NCBI GenBank assembly: GCA_965231075.1
Contig: OZ246412.1
Span: 321,587-385,586, forward strand
DNA: 64,000 bases
Source: an uncultured Candidatus Saccharibacteria bacterium
Lineage (GTDB): Bacteria; Patescibacteriota; Minisyncoccia; RBG-13-40-8-A
Reading direction: 5' to 3'
Below, piece by piece: positions 18,067 to 27,516 of the stretch; the first letter of the stretch is position 1; each line of letters opens with the position of its first letter. The position numbers and the translations under genes were made by a program. Under the pieces are notes generated by a model. The model was given only the letters and a program-made list of their open reading frames with translations, had not been told where the DNA came from and searched no databases.

Positions 18067-19967
18067 AGCAATATCATTTAAAAGTTTTCGGATGCCAAAT
18101 GAACGAAAGCGATTCTCAAAGAATCGCTTCGTTTTTAGAACAACAAAATTATCGGACTACAGATAAGATGGAAAACGCAGACCTAATTGTAATCACTGCT
18201 TGCTCTGTGCGACAAAGTGCAATTGATAGGGTTTTTGGTTTAAACAGAAAATTCAGACAATTAAAAGCGAAAAAAATATTGACTGGGTGCGTAATTAAGA
18301 CAGATAAACCCAAGTTCTTAAAATTCTTTGATGAAGTTTTATCTATTGATGAATTATTGGGGAAAAATTATTTAGAGCTACAACCGAAAAATTCAAACAT
18401 TAAATCGGCTTACGTGCCAATAATGACCGGGTGTAATAATTTTTGCACTTACTGTGCCGTCCCCTACACTCGTGGAAGAGAGGTTTCTAGGCCAGCAAAA
18501 AATATCATTACAGAAATAGTTAAACTAATCAAAAATGGTTGCAAAGAAATAATTTTATTAGGACAGAATGTTAATTCCTACAAAGGCGATAAAATTAATT
18601 TTCCCAAACTATTAAAAAGGATTTCTGATATTAAGGGTGATTTTACAATTAAATTCCTCACTTCTCACCCCAAAGATTTTTCTGAAGAACTAATTGATGT
18701 AATCGCTGGTTCTCCTAAAATTAGCCGAGAGATTCACTTGCCAGTGCAAAGTGGCGACAACAACATTCTCGAAAAAATGAATCGTAAATATACGCGCGAA
18801 CACTATATTAACTTAATTAAAAAAATAAAAAATAAAATTCCTGACGTAAGATTTACCACTGATGTTATTGTAGGTTTTCCTGGCGAAACAAAAAAACAAT
18901 TTGAAAATACGGTTAAATTATTTAAAGAAATAAATTTTGATTTGGCCTATATTAATAAATATTCAACCCGCCAAGGCACTGCTGCGGCAAAATTAGAAGA
19001 TAATGTTTCGCTTATTGAGAAAAAACGCAGATGGGAAGTTCTAGAAAAACTTGTAAATCAGAAGCCCAAGATAATTGTCGTCCTCGGTCCTACCGCCTCT
19101 GGTAAATCTAATTTAGCGGTAGAAATTGCTAAAAAATTTAACGGAGAGATAATTTCCGCTGATTCAAGACAAGTTTACAAGGGAATGGATATTGGAACAG
19201 GGAAAATTACCAAAAAAGAAATGTCTGGTGTCCCCCATTATTTATTAGACATTGCTAGTCCTCAGAAACAATTTAGTGTTGGAGAATATAAAAAATTGGC
19301 ACAAAAAGCAATAAATAAAATTATCTCTAAGAACAAAGTACCAATCATTTGTGGAGGTACGGGGTTTTATATCCAAGCCATAACTGAAAATTTGGATATT
19401 CCTGAAGTGGCTCCGGACTGGAAACTGAGAAAACAATTAGAAAAAAGGACAACTGAAAAATTATTAGAACAATTAAAAAAACTTGATCCAGACAGAGCAA
19501 GCAGTATTGATGTTAAAAATCGTCGAAGATTAATTAGAGCAATTGAAATTGTTCTAAAAACAGGGAGGCCGGTGCCACCATTAAATTATGCCGCCCGAGG
19601 CGGACCAGCCGTAGGTTGGGATGTTTTATATATCGGCATTAAAAAATCAATTCCCGAATTAAAAAAATTAATTCATAAACGATTAATTAAACGAATTAAC
19701 GCAGGAATGATTGGAGAAATAAAAAAACTCCACGATCGAGGAGTTAATTGGAATCGTTTAGATGATTTTGGCCTAGAATATCGCTATGTAGCACGTTATC
19801 TGCAAAGAATATTGACCAAAGAGCAAATGATTGAACAATTAGAACAGCAAATTATCAACTTCGCCAAACGTCAAATGACCTGGTTTAAAAAATATCCAGG
19901 CAAAAAAATAAACTGGGTCTTAGGCCCAGTTCAAGCTAAAAATCTCATAAAAAGATTTCTAGAATAA
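18063..19967 (+). CDS. MiaB-MiaA fusion (tRNA methylthiotransferase plus dimethylallyltransferase)
   Basis: GCQMN..DS, CNNFCTYC radical-SAM, HLPVQSG, VGFPGET; then GPTASGKS, ISADSRQVYKGMDIGT, GGTGFY, AKRQMTWF in one frame. Confidence 0.9.
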   Translation: MKQYHLKVFGCQMNESDSQRIASFLEQQNYRTTDKMENADLIVITACSVRQSAIDRVFGLNRKFRQLKAKKILTGCVIKTDKPKFLKFFDEVLSIDELLGKNYLELQPKNSNIKSAYVPIMTGCNNFCTYCAVPYTRGREVSRPAKNIITEIVKLIKNGCKEIILLGQNVNSYKGDKINFPKLLKRISDIKGDFTIKFLTSHPKDFSEELIDVIAGSPKISREIHLPVQSGDNNILEKMNRKYTREHYINLIKKIKNKIPDVRFTTDVIVGFPGETKKQFENTVKLFKEINFDLAYINKYSTRQGTAAAKLEDNVSLIEKKRRWEVLEKLVNQKPKIIVVLGPTASGKSNLAVEIAKKFNGEIISADSRQVYKGMDIGTGKITKKEMSGVPHYLLDIASPQKQFSVGEYKKLAQKAINKIISKNKVPIICGGTGFYIQAITENLDIPEVAPDWKLRKQLEKRTTEKLLEQLKKLDPDRASSIDVKNRRRLIRAIEIVLKTGRPVPPLNYAARGGPAVGWDVLYIGIKKSIPELKKLIHKRLIKRINAGMIGEIKKLHDRGVNWNRLDDFGLEYRYVARYLQRILTKEQMIEQLEQQIINFAKRQMTWFKKYPGKKINWVLGPVQAKNLIKRFLE

Positions 19968-19969
19968 CC

Positions 19970-20167
19970 TTATTCTTCTAGTTTTTTTAGTTTTATCCGT
20001 AATTCTGCTAATTCGTTTAGTCGTGGATCTGGATATTTGTGCTGAACGCCAAGTTTCTTAGACATTTTTTCGTCTGCACTTATTGCTTCTTGCAATTTTT
20101 CTATTTCGTCAATTATTCGATTAATCTCCTCTATCCTTGATAACGAGGGAAATCCTTCTTTCTTCAT
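19970..20167 (-). CDS. small coiled-coil hypothetical protein
   Basis: 65 aa, fills the gap directly after gatB. Confidence 0.55.
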   Translation of the reverse strand: MKKEGFPSLSRIEEINRIIDEIEKLQEAISADEKMSKKLGVQHKYPDPRLNELAELRIKLKKLEE

Positions 20168-20173
20168 ATAGAT

Positions 20174-21595
20174 TTATTTTAATTTTCTAATAATTATTTC
20201 TGCCGCAATATTTGGATTGGCCTTGCCTTTTGATTCTTTCATTGCTAAGCCAATTAAAAACTGTAACGCAGTCCCCTTGCCTTTTTTGTAATCCTCAACT
20301 GGTTGAGGGTTATTTTTTATTATCTTATCGATGATCTCATCCATTTCTCCTGTATCGGTCATTTGTTTTAAATTTTTTAACTCCACAATTTGTGATGGAT
20401 CGCCTCCAGTTCTAAACATTTCTTTTAAAACTTCTTGCGCTCCACTCGAAGAAACGTCCCCAATAAATGTCATATAAATGAGTTCGGCAAAGTTTTCTGG
20501 TGTAATTTTTATCTCTCCAGTTATTGGCACAAATTTAGGGAATTCAGTAATAATATAATTTGCGCTCAACACAATTAATCGATCAATGTCAGTTTTAATC
20601 TTCCCACCTTCTAACCATCCCTTTAATTCACTTACGGTTTGTTCAAAAAATTCTGATAAATATTTAGATCCCACCAAAACGTCGGCATTTTGTTCCGACA
20701 ACTTGTATTCTTGCGTAAATCTTTCTTTCCTTGCAAATGGTAATTCGGGAATTTCTTGTTTTAATTTTTCTATGTCTTCTCTGCTAAAATTCATTGGTGG
20801 CAAGTCTGGTTCTGGAAAATATCGATAATCATCCGAAGTTTCTTTGATTCTTTGAGAAAAGGTTTCTCCTTTGGCATCGTTCCATCCACGCGTTTCGTGA
20901 ATAACTTTTTGGTCTTCTTCTAAAATCGCTTGCTGTCTAATAATTTCAAATTCAATCGCCTTTTCTACGGATCTAAATGAATTAAGATTTTTTACCTCAA
21001 CTTTTGTGCCCATGTTTAAAGAAATGTTTGCTTCCACGCGCATTTGTCCTTTTTCCATATCGGCATCAGAAATTCCTAAATATTTAAAAATTAATTGCAA
21101 GTCCTGCGCAAATTTCTTTGCTTGTTGAGCATTATGAATGTCTGGCTCCGTAACCAATTCCATCAAAGGAACGCCTGCACGATTATAATCAACTAAAGAA
21201 TAGTCCCCTTTATCGTGAATTGATTTACCAACATCTTCTTCTAAATGAATTCTTCTGATTCTAATATTGTCTAGTTTTCCTTCATAACACAATGGTGATT
21301 CGAATTGTGTAATTTGGTATCCCTTCGGCAAATCGGGATAAAAATAATTCTTTCTCTCGAACCAAGTTTTTTCGTTAATTTTACAATTTAAGGCCAATCC
21401 TGCTTTAATCACATCGTGTGCTGCTTCTTCATTAATGACTGGCATCGAACCCGGTTGCGCAGTACAAACTGGGCAAATATTAACATTGGGATCCTTTTGT
21501 AAAGGATCATTCAAACAAGAACAAAACATTTTCGTTTTGGTCTTTAATTCCACGTGAATTTCTAATCCAATTGTCGGCTCATATTTATTTGCCAT
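20174..21595 (-). CDS. gatB: Asp/Glu-tRNA amidotransferase subunit B
   Basis: IGLEIHVEL, RKNYFYPDLPKGYQITQ, YRYFPEPDLPP. Confidence 0.97.
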   Translation of the reverse strand: MANKYEPTIGLEIHVELKTKTKMFCSCLNDPLQKDPNVNICPVCTAQPGSMPVINEEAAHDVIKAGLALNCKINEKTWFERKNYFYPDLPKGYQITQFESPLCYEGKLDNIRIRRIHLEEDVGKSIHDKGDYSLVDYNRAGVPLMELVTEPDIHNAQQAKKFAQDLQLIFKYLGISDADMEKGQMRVEANISLNMGTKVEVKNLNSFRSVEKAIEFEIIRQQAILEEDQKVIHETRGWNDAKGETFSQRIKETSDDYRYFPEPDLPPMNFSREDIEKLKQEIPELPFARKERFTQEYKLSEQNADVLVGSKYLSEFFEQTVSELKGWLEGGKIKTDIDRLIVLSANYIITEFPKFVPITGEIKITPENFAELIYMTFIGDVSSSGAQEVLKEMFRTGGDPSQIVELKNLKQMTDTGEMDEIIDKIIKNNPQPVEDYKKGKGTALQFLIGLAMKESKGKANPNIAAEIIIRKLK

Positions 21596-21596
21596 A

Positions 21597-22136
21597 TTAT
21601 ACCTGTTTTTCTTTTTTCTTGGTTGTTACTCGACCGCCTTGCCACTGACCACGATAAAGATGTGACTTGCCATCAACTTTAAAAAACATCGCGTGTGCAA
21701 CTCTTGCGCCAAGTTCAATTTCAACATCAACCGGACCAATGTTAGCGATTCCAAAAGTTAATTCTCCGCAATAACCAGGAGCACAATTGCCGGTAATAAT
21801 TGTCATCCCTGAACGAAATATAGTTGTACGTGGCCTAAACAAAATTACAATATCTTTTGGCGTGTTTACTTTCTCAACTGTCTTCATTAAATAATATGTG
21901 CCAGGTTTAAATAAAAATTTCTCTTTTTTGTTTCCGTTAAACTTCGCCAATAATTTAATTTCTGGGGTTTTTCTCTCTTCGATACCCAAAAATGATTTTC
22001 CTTCTAATTGGTAAATTTCGCCCAATCTCAAATCAAAACCTGCACCCTCCGGATTTTCCAACTCCCTTTGGCATAAATTTTCTACCAATTTTTTATCTTT
22101 GACCAACTTATGTAATTTATCAATTCCTAAAATCAT
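21597..22136 (-). CDS. dcd: dCTP deaminase / trimeric dUTPase-family protein
   Basis: GFDLRLG, PRTTIFRSG, PGYCGELT, YRGQWQG. Confidence 0.75.
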   Translation of the reverse strand: MILGIDKLHKLVKDKKLVENLCQRELENPEGAGFDLRLGEIYQLEGKSFLGIEERKTPEIKLLAKFNGNKKEKFLFKPGTYYLMKTVEKVNTPKDIVILFRPRTTIFRSGMTIITGNCAPGYCGELTFGIANIGPVDVEIELGARVAHAMFFKVDGKSHLYRGQWQGGRVTTKKKEKQV

Positions 22137-22170
22137 ATATCTATATCTTATATTAAAATAATAAAAAAAT

Positions 22171-22200
22171 GAAGTCCTACCGGCTATCCGGTAGGACTTC
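22171..22200 (-). terminator. terminator of the thyX unit
   Basis: GAAGTCCTACCGG-CTAT-CCGGTAGGACTTC with T-run on minus strand. Confidence 0.85.
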
Positions 22201-22208
22201 TTCGATTT

Positions 22209-22487
22209 TTAAAGACCGAGTCGTTTTTTGAGTTCCTCCTCACCCTCAATCCTGATAGGATCAATCTTAAACGGTTCGCCCTCTAGTGGTTCACAGATAC
22301 TTTCTCCTGATCTGCGTAAATCACAGAGTTTGCCGTTTATCCCGTGTTCCAGGACTTTTGGGCTTACCCCCGTCCCCATGTCGATGTCTTCGACGGTTTC
22401 ACCGTGTACACTGCAACAGGAATAGGTTCCATCCGGTTCTGGCTTGAAAAACAATCGATACATGCAGGTAAAGCACTGTCCTTTCAT
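22209..22487 (-). CDS. Cys-rich hypothetical protein
   Basis: CxxC, CC, C, C; SD-like AAGGGGT; ATGA overlap with thyX-like ORF. Confidence 0.65.
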   Translation of the reverse strand: MKGQCFTCMYRLFFKPEPDGTYSCCSVHGETVEDIDMGTGVSPKVLEHGINGKLCDLRRSGESICEPLEGEPFKIDPIRIEGEEELKKRLGL

Positions 22488-23200
22488 TTCGAGTACCCCT
22501 TTGTTGCCATTTCCTGAAAATCCTTAAACAAAGATGGTGCTTGCTGCATCACGATATCGTAAAACAGTTTATGGAGCCGCCGAATCTCCCACTCGGCATC
22601 TTGAGCCAATCGAAGATTAAACAGATACCGCAGAGATCTGGCGTTGCAATAAGCGTAGCATGGCGTGCACCAGAAAACCGGCATGTTTTTCCTCGAATCT
22701 TGCTTTGTGGCACCCAGAGCGATTTTGGAATCATATTCCGCGATTGCTCTTTTGGCGGTTTTTTCATCGATGCTCAGAAGTTGTTTGACCGAATCTTCAT
22801 CTTCGACGTAATGATAGGTATTGTAAACAAATCTGTTCTGACTTGCCGAGATAAATCTCGTGCTTCTGAATGTCCATCCAATACCGATTCTGTGCCGAAC
22901 CCATTGGTTCTGTAGACTTTTGGTAATACCGTCTACGTCAAAGACGAAAGATAGTGCCTCAAGAGGAGTGTGATGCCCCTTCTTGATTAGCCACTCGTTC
23001 AGTCTTAGGTCGTCGATTATTGTCCCCAAAGATTCGTGGCTTCTTCGTGCGGTGAAGGCCGGAAGAGTCTCGGGTGTAACCAACTCGATGTACCTGCCAA
23101 CCGGTTGTGTCATTGCCACCAATTCAGCAACCGGTTCGACGTTTCTGAACAACCCTTCCCTCAAATGTTTCCATTTGTCGATGTCCGCGTATTCGATCAT
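22484..23200 (-). CDS. thyX: FAD-dependent thymidylate synthase
   Basis: GHHTPLE, RHR-x8-S-x-R, N.RSL..LFNLRL...AEWEIR; SD GAGGAGGT 23206-23213. Confidence 0.85.
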   Translation of the reverse strand: MIEYADIDKWKHLREGLFRNVEPVAELVAMTQPVGRYIELVTPETLPAFTARRSHESLGTIIDDLRLNEWLIKKGHHTPLEALSFVFDVDGITKSLQNQWVRHRIGIGWTFRSTRFISASQNRFVYNTYHYVEDEDSVKQLLSIDEKTAKRAIAEYDSKIALGATKQDSRKNMPVFWCTPCYAYCNARSLRYLFNLRLAQDAEWEIRRLHKLFYDIVMQQAPSLFKDFQEMATKGYSK

Positions 23201-23201
23201 G

Positions 23202-23663
23202 TTAAACCTCCTCAGTATCGGTGATTTGTATCAATTCGATGCCAACTCCGGCAAAAAGTTCGGAAACCTGCGGAAACTCTTCTTCATAGCGCTTGACGTA
23301 AAAAACTCTTTTGACGCCCAGGTTGTTAAGATGCTTGGCACAGTCGTAACACGGCGAATAAGTGCAATAGAGATCGCAATCCGATAAATTAATGCCATTT
23401 TTCGCGGCATTTACAATGGCATTCATTTCTGCGTGAGCACCTCTGCACCTTTTTGATCCTGAAGGAAGAAATTTTCCATCGACTTTTTTGGCGCACCCCA
23501 CCGCGTCACAGTGTTTATCGCCGGCAGTTGGACCATTATAGCCAACCTGCAAGAGTTGCTTTCCACGAACAAAAACGGCGCCAATTTGATAAAGCTGACA
23601 TCTTGATTTTTTTGCCAGAAGATTAACCATCTCCACGAATAGTTTCTGCCAAGAAATAGCCAT
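23202..23663 (-). CDS. dCMP deaminase (ComEB-like)
   Basis: SRC, GYNG, HAEMNAI, PCYDCAK zinc motifs; SD GAAAGGA. Confidence 0.9.
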   Translation of the reverse strand: MAISWQKLFVEMVNLLAKKSRCQLYQIGAVFVRGKQLLQVGYNGPTAGDKHCDAVGCAKKVDGKFLPSGSKRCRGAHAEMNAIVNAAKNGINLSDCDLYCTYSPCYDCAKHLNNLGVKRVFYVKRYEEEFPQVSELFAGVGIELIQITDTEEV

Positions 23664-23769
23664 GTTTTTTTGTCCTTTCTTGTTAAATTGTAAGGAGCTT
23701 TCCCCCTTTATTTATAAAAATCTCATCTTATCAATGAGATTTTTATAATATCAAATTAAATTAATAATA

Positions 23770-24684
23770 TCAAGCTTTATTTTTTAAATAATCCGTCGCT
23801 GCTAACATTGCTTTTGCGCCTTCACCACAAGCAATTGTAATTTGTTCATATTTAATATCAGTAATATCGCCAGCAGCAAATAGTCCCGGCGTTTTTGTGT
23901 TGTTGTTTTTATCAATAACGATTTCGCCAACCTTATTTAATTCAACCCACTTTTCGGCAAATCCAACTTTCGCCGACATGCCCACAGAAATAAATACTCC
24001 ACCAACATTAATTTCCGAATCCTCGCCAGTTTTTCTGTCTTCATAAACTAAGCTCTCGACAAATTTTGTCCCCTTAATCTCCTTAACCGAAACATTGGTG
24101 ATAAATTCTACAATTCCACTTTGTGCTAATTTCTCTTTAGTTATTGGATCTCCTTTCATTTCTTCAAAAAATTCTAAAATGTAAACTTTCTTGGCATATT
24201 TAATCATGTCTAATGCAACTCCAAACCCAGCATTACCACCTCCGATTACTGCCACATCTTTGTCTTTAAACATTGGCGCATCACAAGTAGAACAAATACT
24301 TACCCCTTTACCTTTAAATTGATCTTCTCCGGGAATATTTAATGATCGAGGAATCTTGCCGGTTGCAATCACCACTGTCCTGGCTTCGTATTTTTCTTCG
24401 CCATCATTAATTATAAAATTATCACCGTTTTTATCTAGATCAATAACTTCTTTGTTTTCTTTAATTTCTATTTCAAAGTTCTTCAAATGTTCGGTCATTT
24501 GCTTCATTAAATCCATTCCGGAAATTTTCTTAATTCCTGGCCAATTTTCAATTTCAATCGCTTTAGTAACCTGACCACCCCATTCTTTGGTGATTAAAAG
24601 TGTTTTTAATTTTTTTCTGGCAGCATAAATTCCCGCCGTAATTCCAGCCGGTCCCCCGCCGATAATTATTACATCGTAAATCAT
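23770..24684 (-). CDS. trxB: thioredoxin reductase
   Basis: GGGPAG, CSTCD, GGGNAG, GLFAAGD. Confidence 0.9.
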   Translation of the reverse strand: MIYDVIIIGGGPAGITAGIYAARKKLKTLLITKEWGGQVTKAIEIENWPGIKKISGMDLMKQMTEHLKNFEIEIKENKEVIDLDKNGDNFIINDGEEKYEARTVVIATGKIPRSLNIPGEDQFKGKGVSICSTCDAPMFKDKDVAVIGGGNAGFGVALDMIKYAKKVYILEFFEEMKGDPITKEKLAQSGIVEFITNVSVKEIKGTKFVESLVYEDRKTGEDSEINVGGVFISVGMSAKVGFAEKWVELNKVGEIVIDKNNNTKTPGLFAAGDITDIKYEQITIACGEGAKAMLAATDYLKNKA

Positions 24685-24685
24685 A

Positions 24686-24931
24686 TTATTTTATGTTTAA
24701 CAATTGGTTTATTCGTTCTTGATTAAATCCAATAATAATCTCTCCATTAATTTCCGCTACTGGCACTCCGTATTGACCAGATTTTTCAATCATTTCTTTT
24801 TGTGCTTCTAAATTTTGAGAAACATCAATATATTCGAACTCAACATTGTGTTCCTGAAGATAACTTTTCAACGCCACACAATATGGACAGGTTGGTGTTG
24901 AAAATACGCGTACTTTTGGTTTTTGTTCCAT
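24686..24931 (-). CDS. glutaredoxin-like protein (YruB/NrdH type)
   Basis: CPYC, SGQYGVPV, IIGF. Confidence 0.9.
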   Translation of the reverse strand: MEQKPKVRVFSTPTCPYCVALKSYLQEHNVEFEYIDVSQNLEAQKEMIEKSGQYGVPVAEINGEIIIGFNQERINQLLNIK

Positions 24932-25356
24932 TATATTTTTATACCTTCTTTTATTTTGTTCATTAAATCATCGACCATTTTTTCAAGTTGTTGTTTTAAA
25001 CTTTCTTTCCCTTTATCCATAGCCTTTTGAATTTCTTTATTTAAAGCGTCTTTGGCTTTATTTAAATATGTTTGATAAATATTTTTTAATTTTTCGGCTA
25101 TTTCTGGTTTACCAGCAGCAATCATTTGCTTTATTTCTTCTGCTCTTTGTTCGGCAAAAACCTGATATTTCTCTGCTCTTTTTTGTGCGTCAAATGTAAA
25201 TATTAATACAATTTTCTCCCACCAAACTTTCAAAAAATATAATTTGCTGTCTGGACTAATGTTAGGACCGGAAAGATTATCAGAGGTCGCCGCCAACACG
25301 CCACTTGCGATTACAAAAAAACCAACTAAAACTATTAAAATAATTGTTTTTTTCAT
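24931..25356 (-). CDS. secreted helical protein (DUF5667-like)
   Basis: Signal peptide, PDSKLYFLK.WWEKI...AEQRAEE. Confidence 0.7.
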   Translation of the reverse strand: MKKTIILIVLVGFFVIASGVLAATSDNLSGPNISPDSKLYFLKVWWEKIVLIFTFDAQKRAEKYQVFAEQRAEEIKQMIAAGKPEIAEKLKNIYQTYLNKAKDALNKEIQKAMDKGKESLKQQLEKMVDDLMNKIKEGIKI

Positions 25357-25391
25357 ACGATTTTATTATATCACAAATAAAAAACAAAATA

Positions 25392-25423
25392 AAAAGAGGG
25401 TGGAACCTTGCGGAACCACCCTC
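25392..25423 (-). terminator. terminator of cassette 4
   Basis: GAGGGTGG/CCACCCTC hairpin plus T-run on minus strand. Confidence 0.75.
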
Positions 25424-25458
25424 GTGCTTTGCCTTAAAAGAACACGTCTGTTCAGCGT

Positions 25459-26034
25459 TCAAAGCTTAACGCTGAAACTCGCTTCTCCGGTCCAGCCAGA
25501 GTTGATCGTGTCCCAAGCGAACCAGAACTGGATCGCCCCGAACTTGACCGTAGGACCGATTTGGAAGAAAATCGTCTTTTCTCCAAACGTCCCGCAACCG
25601 GACCAGCGGAGACCCCAGCCGTCCTTGCCAACCGTGTGACGAACGAACCAGATCCCCTTACCATCGCGGTCGATCCCAACTTCGTTGACGAACGCCCCGA
25701 ACAGGCCGAAGGCCGAAATCACGGGCGTCACATCCATGGTCACGGAATTGACCAATTCCTTGGTCTTCTTCGCGGCCAGATTGAAGTGGGGACCAATGGC
25801 TACCTGGACCGATCCGATCTTGCCCAGCTTGAATGCCGGGGGACCGAATTTGGTCAGCAGAGACCCGGACCCGGGCCAGGTCAGCATGAAGTAGTAGTTC
25901 ATGCCCTTAGGCGCGTCGTGGAAATACCACGCATTCGCCTTCGAAGGAAAGACCTGGAACTGAGCCCGGTCTTCCGCCACGGCCATCGGAACCATGAACA
26001 GGACGAGCAGAACAACGATCATAAGATTTTTCAT
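25459..26034 (-). CDS. GC-rich secreted beta-strand-rich protein, possible outer-membrane beta-barrel
   Basis: Signal peptide ending AVA, aromatic alternating strands, C-terminus WTGEASFSVKL; SD AGAGGAG. Confidence 0.7.
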   Translation of the reverse strand: MKNLMIVVLLVLFMVPMAVAEDRAQFQVFPSKANAWYFHDAPKGMNYYFMLTWPGSGSLLTKFGPPAFKLGKIGSVQVAIGPHFNLAAKKTKELVNSVTMDVTPVISAFGLFGAFVNEVGIDRDGKGIWFVRHTVGKDGWGLRWSGCGTFGEKTIFFQIGPTVKFGAIQFWFAWDTINSGWTGEASFSVKL

Positions 26035-26040
26035 CAGAAA

Positions 26041-26102
26041 CTCCTCTCTTGTTTAGTTGTAGGGTACTCTTATATTATACACCCGATTACATGATTTGTC
26101 AA
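26041..26102 (-). promoter_or_regulatory. consensus promoter plus SD of cassette 4
   Basis: TTGACA 26097-26102, 17 nt, TATAAT 26074-26079; AGAGGAG 26041-26047. Confidence 0.85.
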
Positions 26103-26191
26103 GCACATTAGTCGCGTTTCTGGTTTTAGAATAATTTAAAAAGAGGAGACCAACCATCTCCCCTTTTTAAGACTACTAACTATTTTATAAT

Positions 26192-27130
26192 TTATTCACA
26201 ACTCCCATCAGCCGTACTCGTGGTCGAACTTAAGGATTGTGAACATTCTGTTGGTTCGTCCTCAAATCCGGCACAAATTCCTGCCTTGTATCCCTCTGCG
26301 CTTCTTGCTCCGTTAAATTCTTTTTCGTTAATTAATAGCATTGGTGAGCCTTGCACTTCATATTTTTCGTTTAAAGCAACTTCTTCTTGTAGTAAATTAA
26401 TTGCTTCATCCTTTTGGCAGGTCTTGATTTTCGCAACATCTATTCCAATTGTCTTGGCAATTGGTTCCCAACAACTATCGACATTCCCTGAACTACAAGC
26501 ATTATTGATCTGTAAAACAAAATCCCAAAGCTTGTCTGACTGATATTTCTGCACACACAACTCTCTGACGCCTTGATTCAGCTCTTGAATTCCATGCATT
26601 GAACAATACTTGTTTTCTTTGTCTAGACAATAATTTGCACCACCACCATTATAATTACTATAGATCACATAATGCAACTTGATGTCTGCTTTGTCGCCCA
26701 ATAAATCTACAACTGGCGCCATTGCATCTTCGGCTTGATTGCCATAAGGGCAAAAACTCATCACAAATAACATTGCCTGCGATTTTTCTTTTTTAGGAAT
26801 ATCTTTGGTTACCTGCGTATTATCTTCTTCTGCGGGAGTAATTTCCGCTCCCTGGGGGAATAAAATTTTTCCATCCTTGGTAATATAGGTAAAATATTCT
26901 TGACCCTGTACGTCGATTTTAATCTTATAAACACCGCTCTGGCTGGTTATTTCTTTGGTGGTTGCTGTCGCTTGTCCTTGCAGTAAATTAGTGTTAATAA
27001 AATCAATTGCAATTTTATTTGCTTTATCTTTTGAAATCGTATTGCCATTTATATAATAAAGTCCGGCCGCAACCCCCAACAAGATTACAACCACAATGAC
27101 TGGTAATATAATTTTTTTTATTTTTTCCAT
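26192..27130 (-). CDS. membrane-anchored thioredoxin-fold (DsbA/GILT-like) protein
   Basis: N-terminal TM, FVMSFCPYG, SMHG..E, VQGSP, many Cys. Confidence 0.75.
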   Translation of the reverse strand: MEKIKKIILPVIVVVILLGVAAGLYYINGNTISKDKANKIAIDFINTNLLQGQATATTKEITSQSGVYKIKIDVQGQEYFTYITKDGKILFPQGAEITPAEEDNTQVTKDIPKKEKSQAMLFVMSFCPYGNQAEDAMAPVVDLLGDKADIKLHYVIYSNYNGGGANYCLDKENKYCSMHGIQELNQGVRELCVQKYQSDKLWDFVLQINNACSSGNVDSCWEPIAKTIGIDVAKIKTCQKDEAINLLQEEVALNEKYEVQGSPMLLINEKEFNGARSAEGYKAGICAGFEDEPTECSQSLSSTTSTADGSCE

Positions 27131-27134
27131 AAAT

Positions 27135-27512
27135 TTAATTTACTTCTGAATATTTATTGATCGCATCTTTTAATGCTTCAGTGACTAACTGAGCACAATG
27201 AATTTTAAGTGGAGGCAATGTCCCCAATTCAGTTGAGACATCCTGAAAACCTATATTTAGTGCTTGTTGCATTGTCTTTCCCTTCGCTAGTTGGCAAATC
27301 ATGTCTGAAGAAGCAATCGCCGAAGCACAACCCAAAGTTTCAAACTTAATCTCTTTTATTTTTTTAGTTTTTTTATCAATTTTCAAATATAAAGTTAATA
27401 AATCTCCGCAGCGGGGGTTGCCTGCTTTTCCAGTCACGTCTGGGTTATCGATTCTTCCAAAATATTTAGGATGCGTAAAATGCTCCATTATTTTTTTATT
27501 ATAAATTGCCAT
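27135..27512 (-). CDS. iscU: Fe-S scaffold protein IscU/NifU
   Basis: GNPRCGD, GCASAIASS, KIHC. Confidence 0.92.
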   Translation of the reverse strand: MAIYNKKIMEHFTHPKYFGRIDNPDVTGKAGNPRCGDLLTLYLKIDKKTKKIKEIKFETLGCASAIASSDMICQLAKGKTMQQALNIGFQDVSTELGTLPPLKIHCAQLVTEALKDAINKYSEVN

Positions 27513-27516
27513 AATT

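Noticed and set aside
25452-26094. Overlapping ORFs 25561..26094, 25685..25894 and 25452..25679
   Set aside because: Shadows of a GC-rich gene; promoter and SD support only 25459..26034
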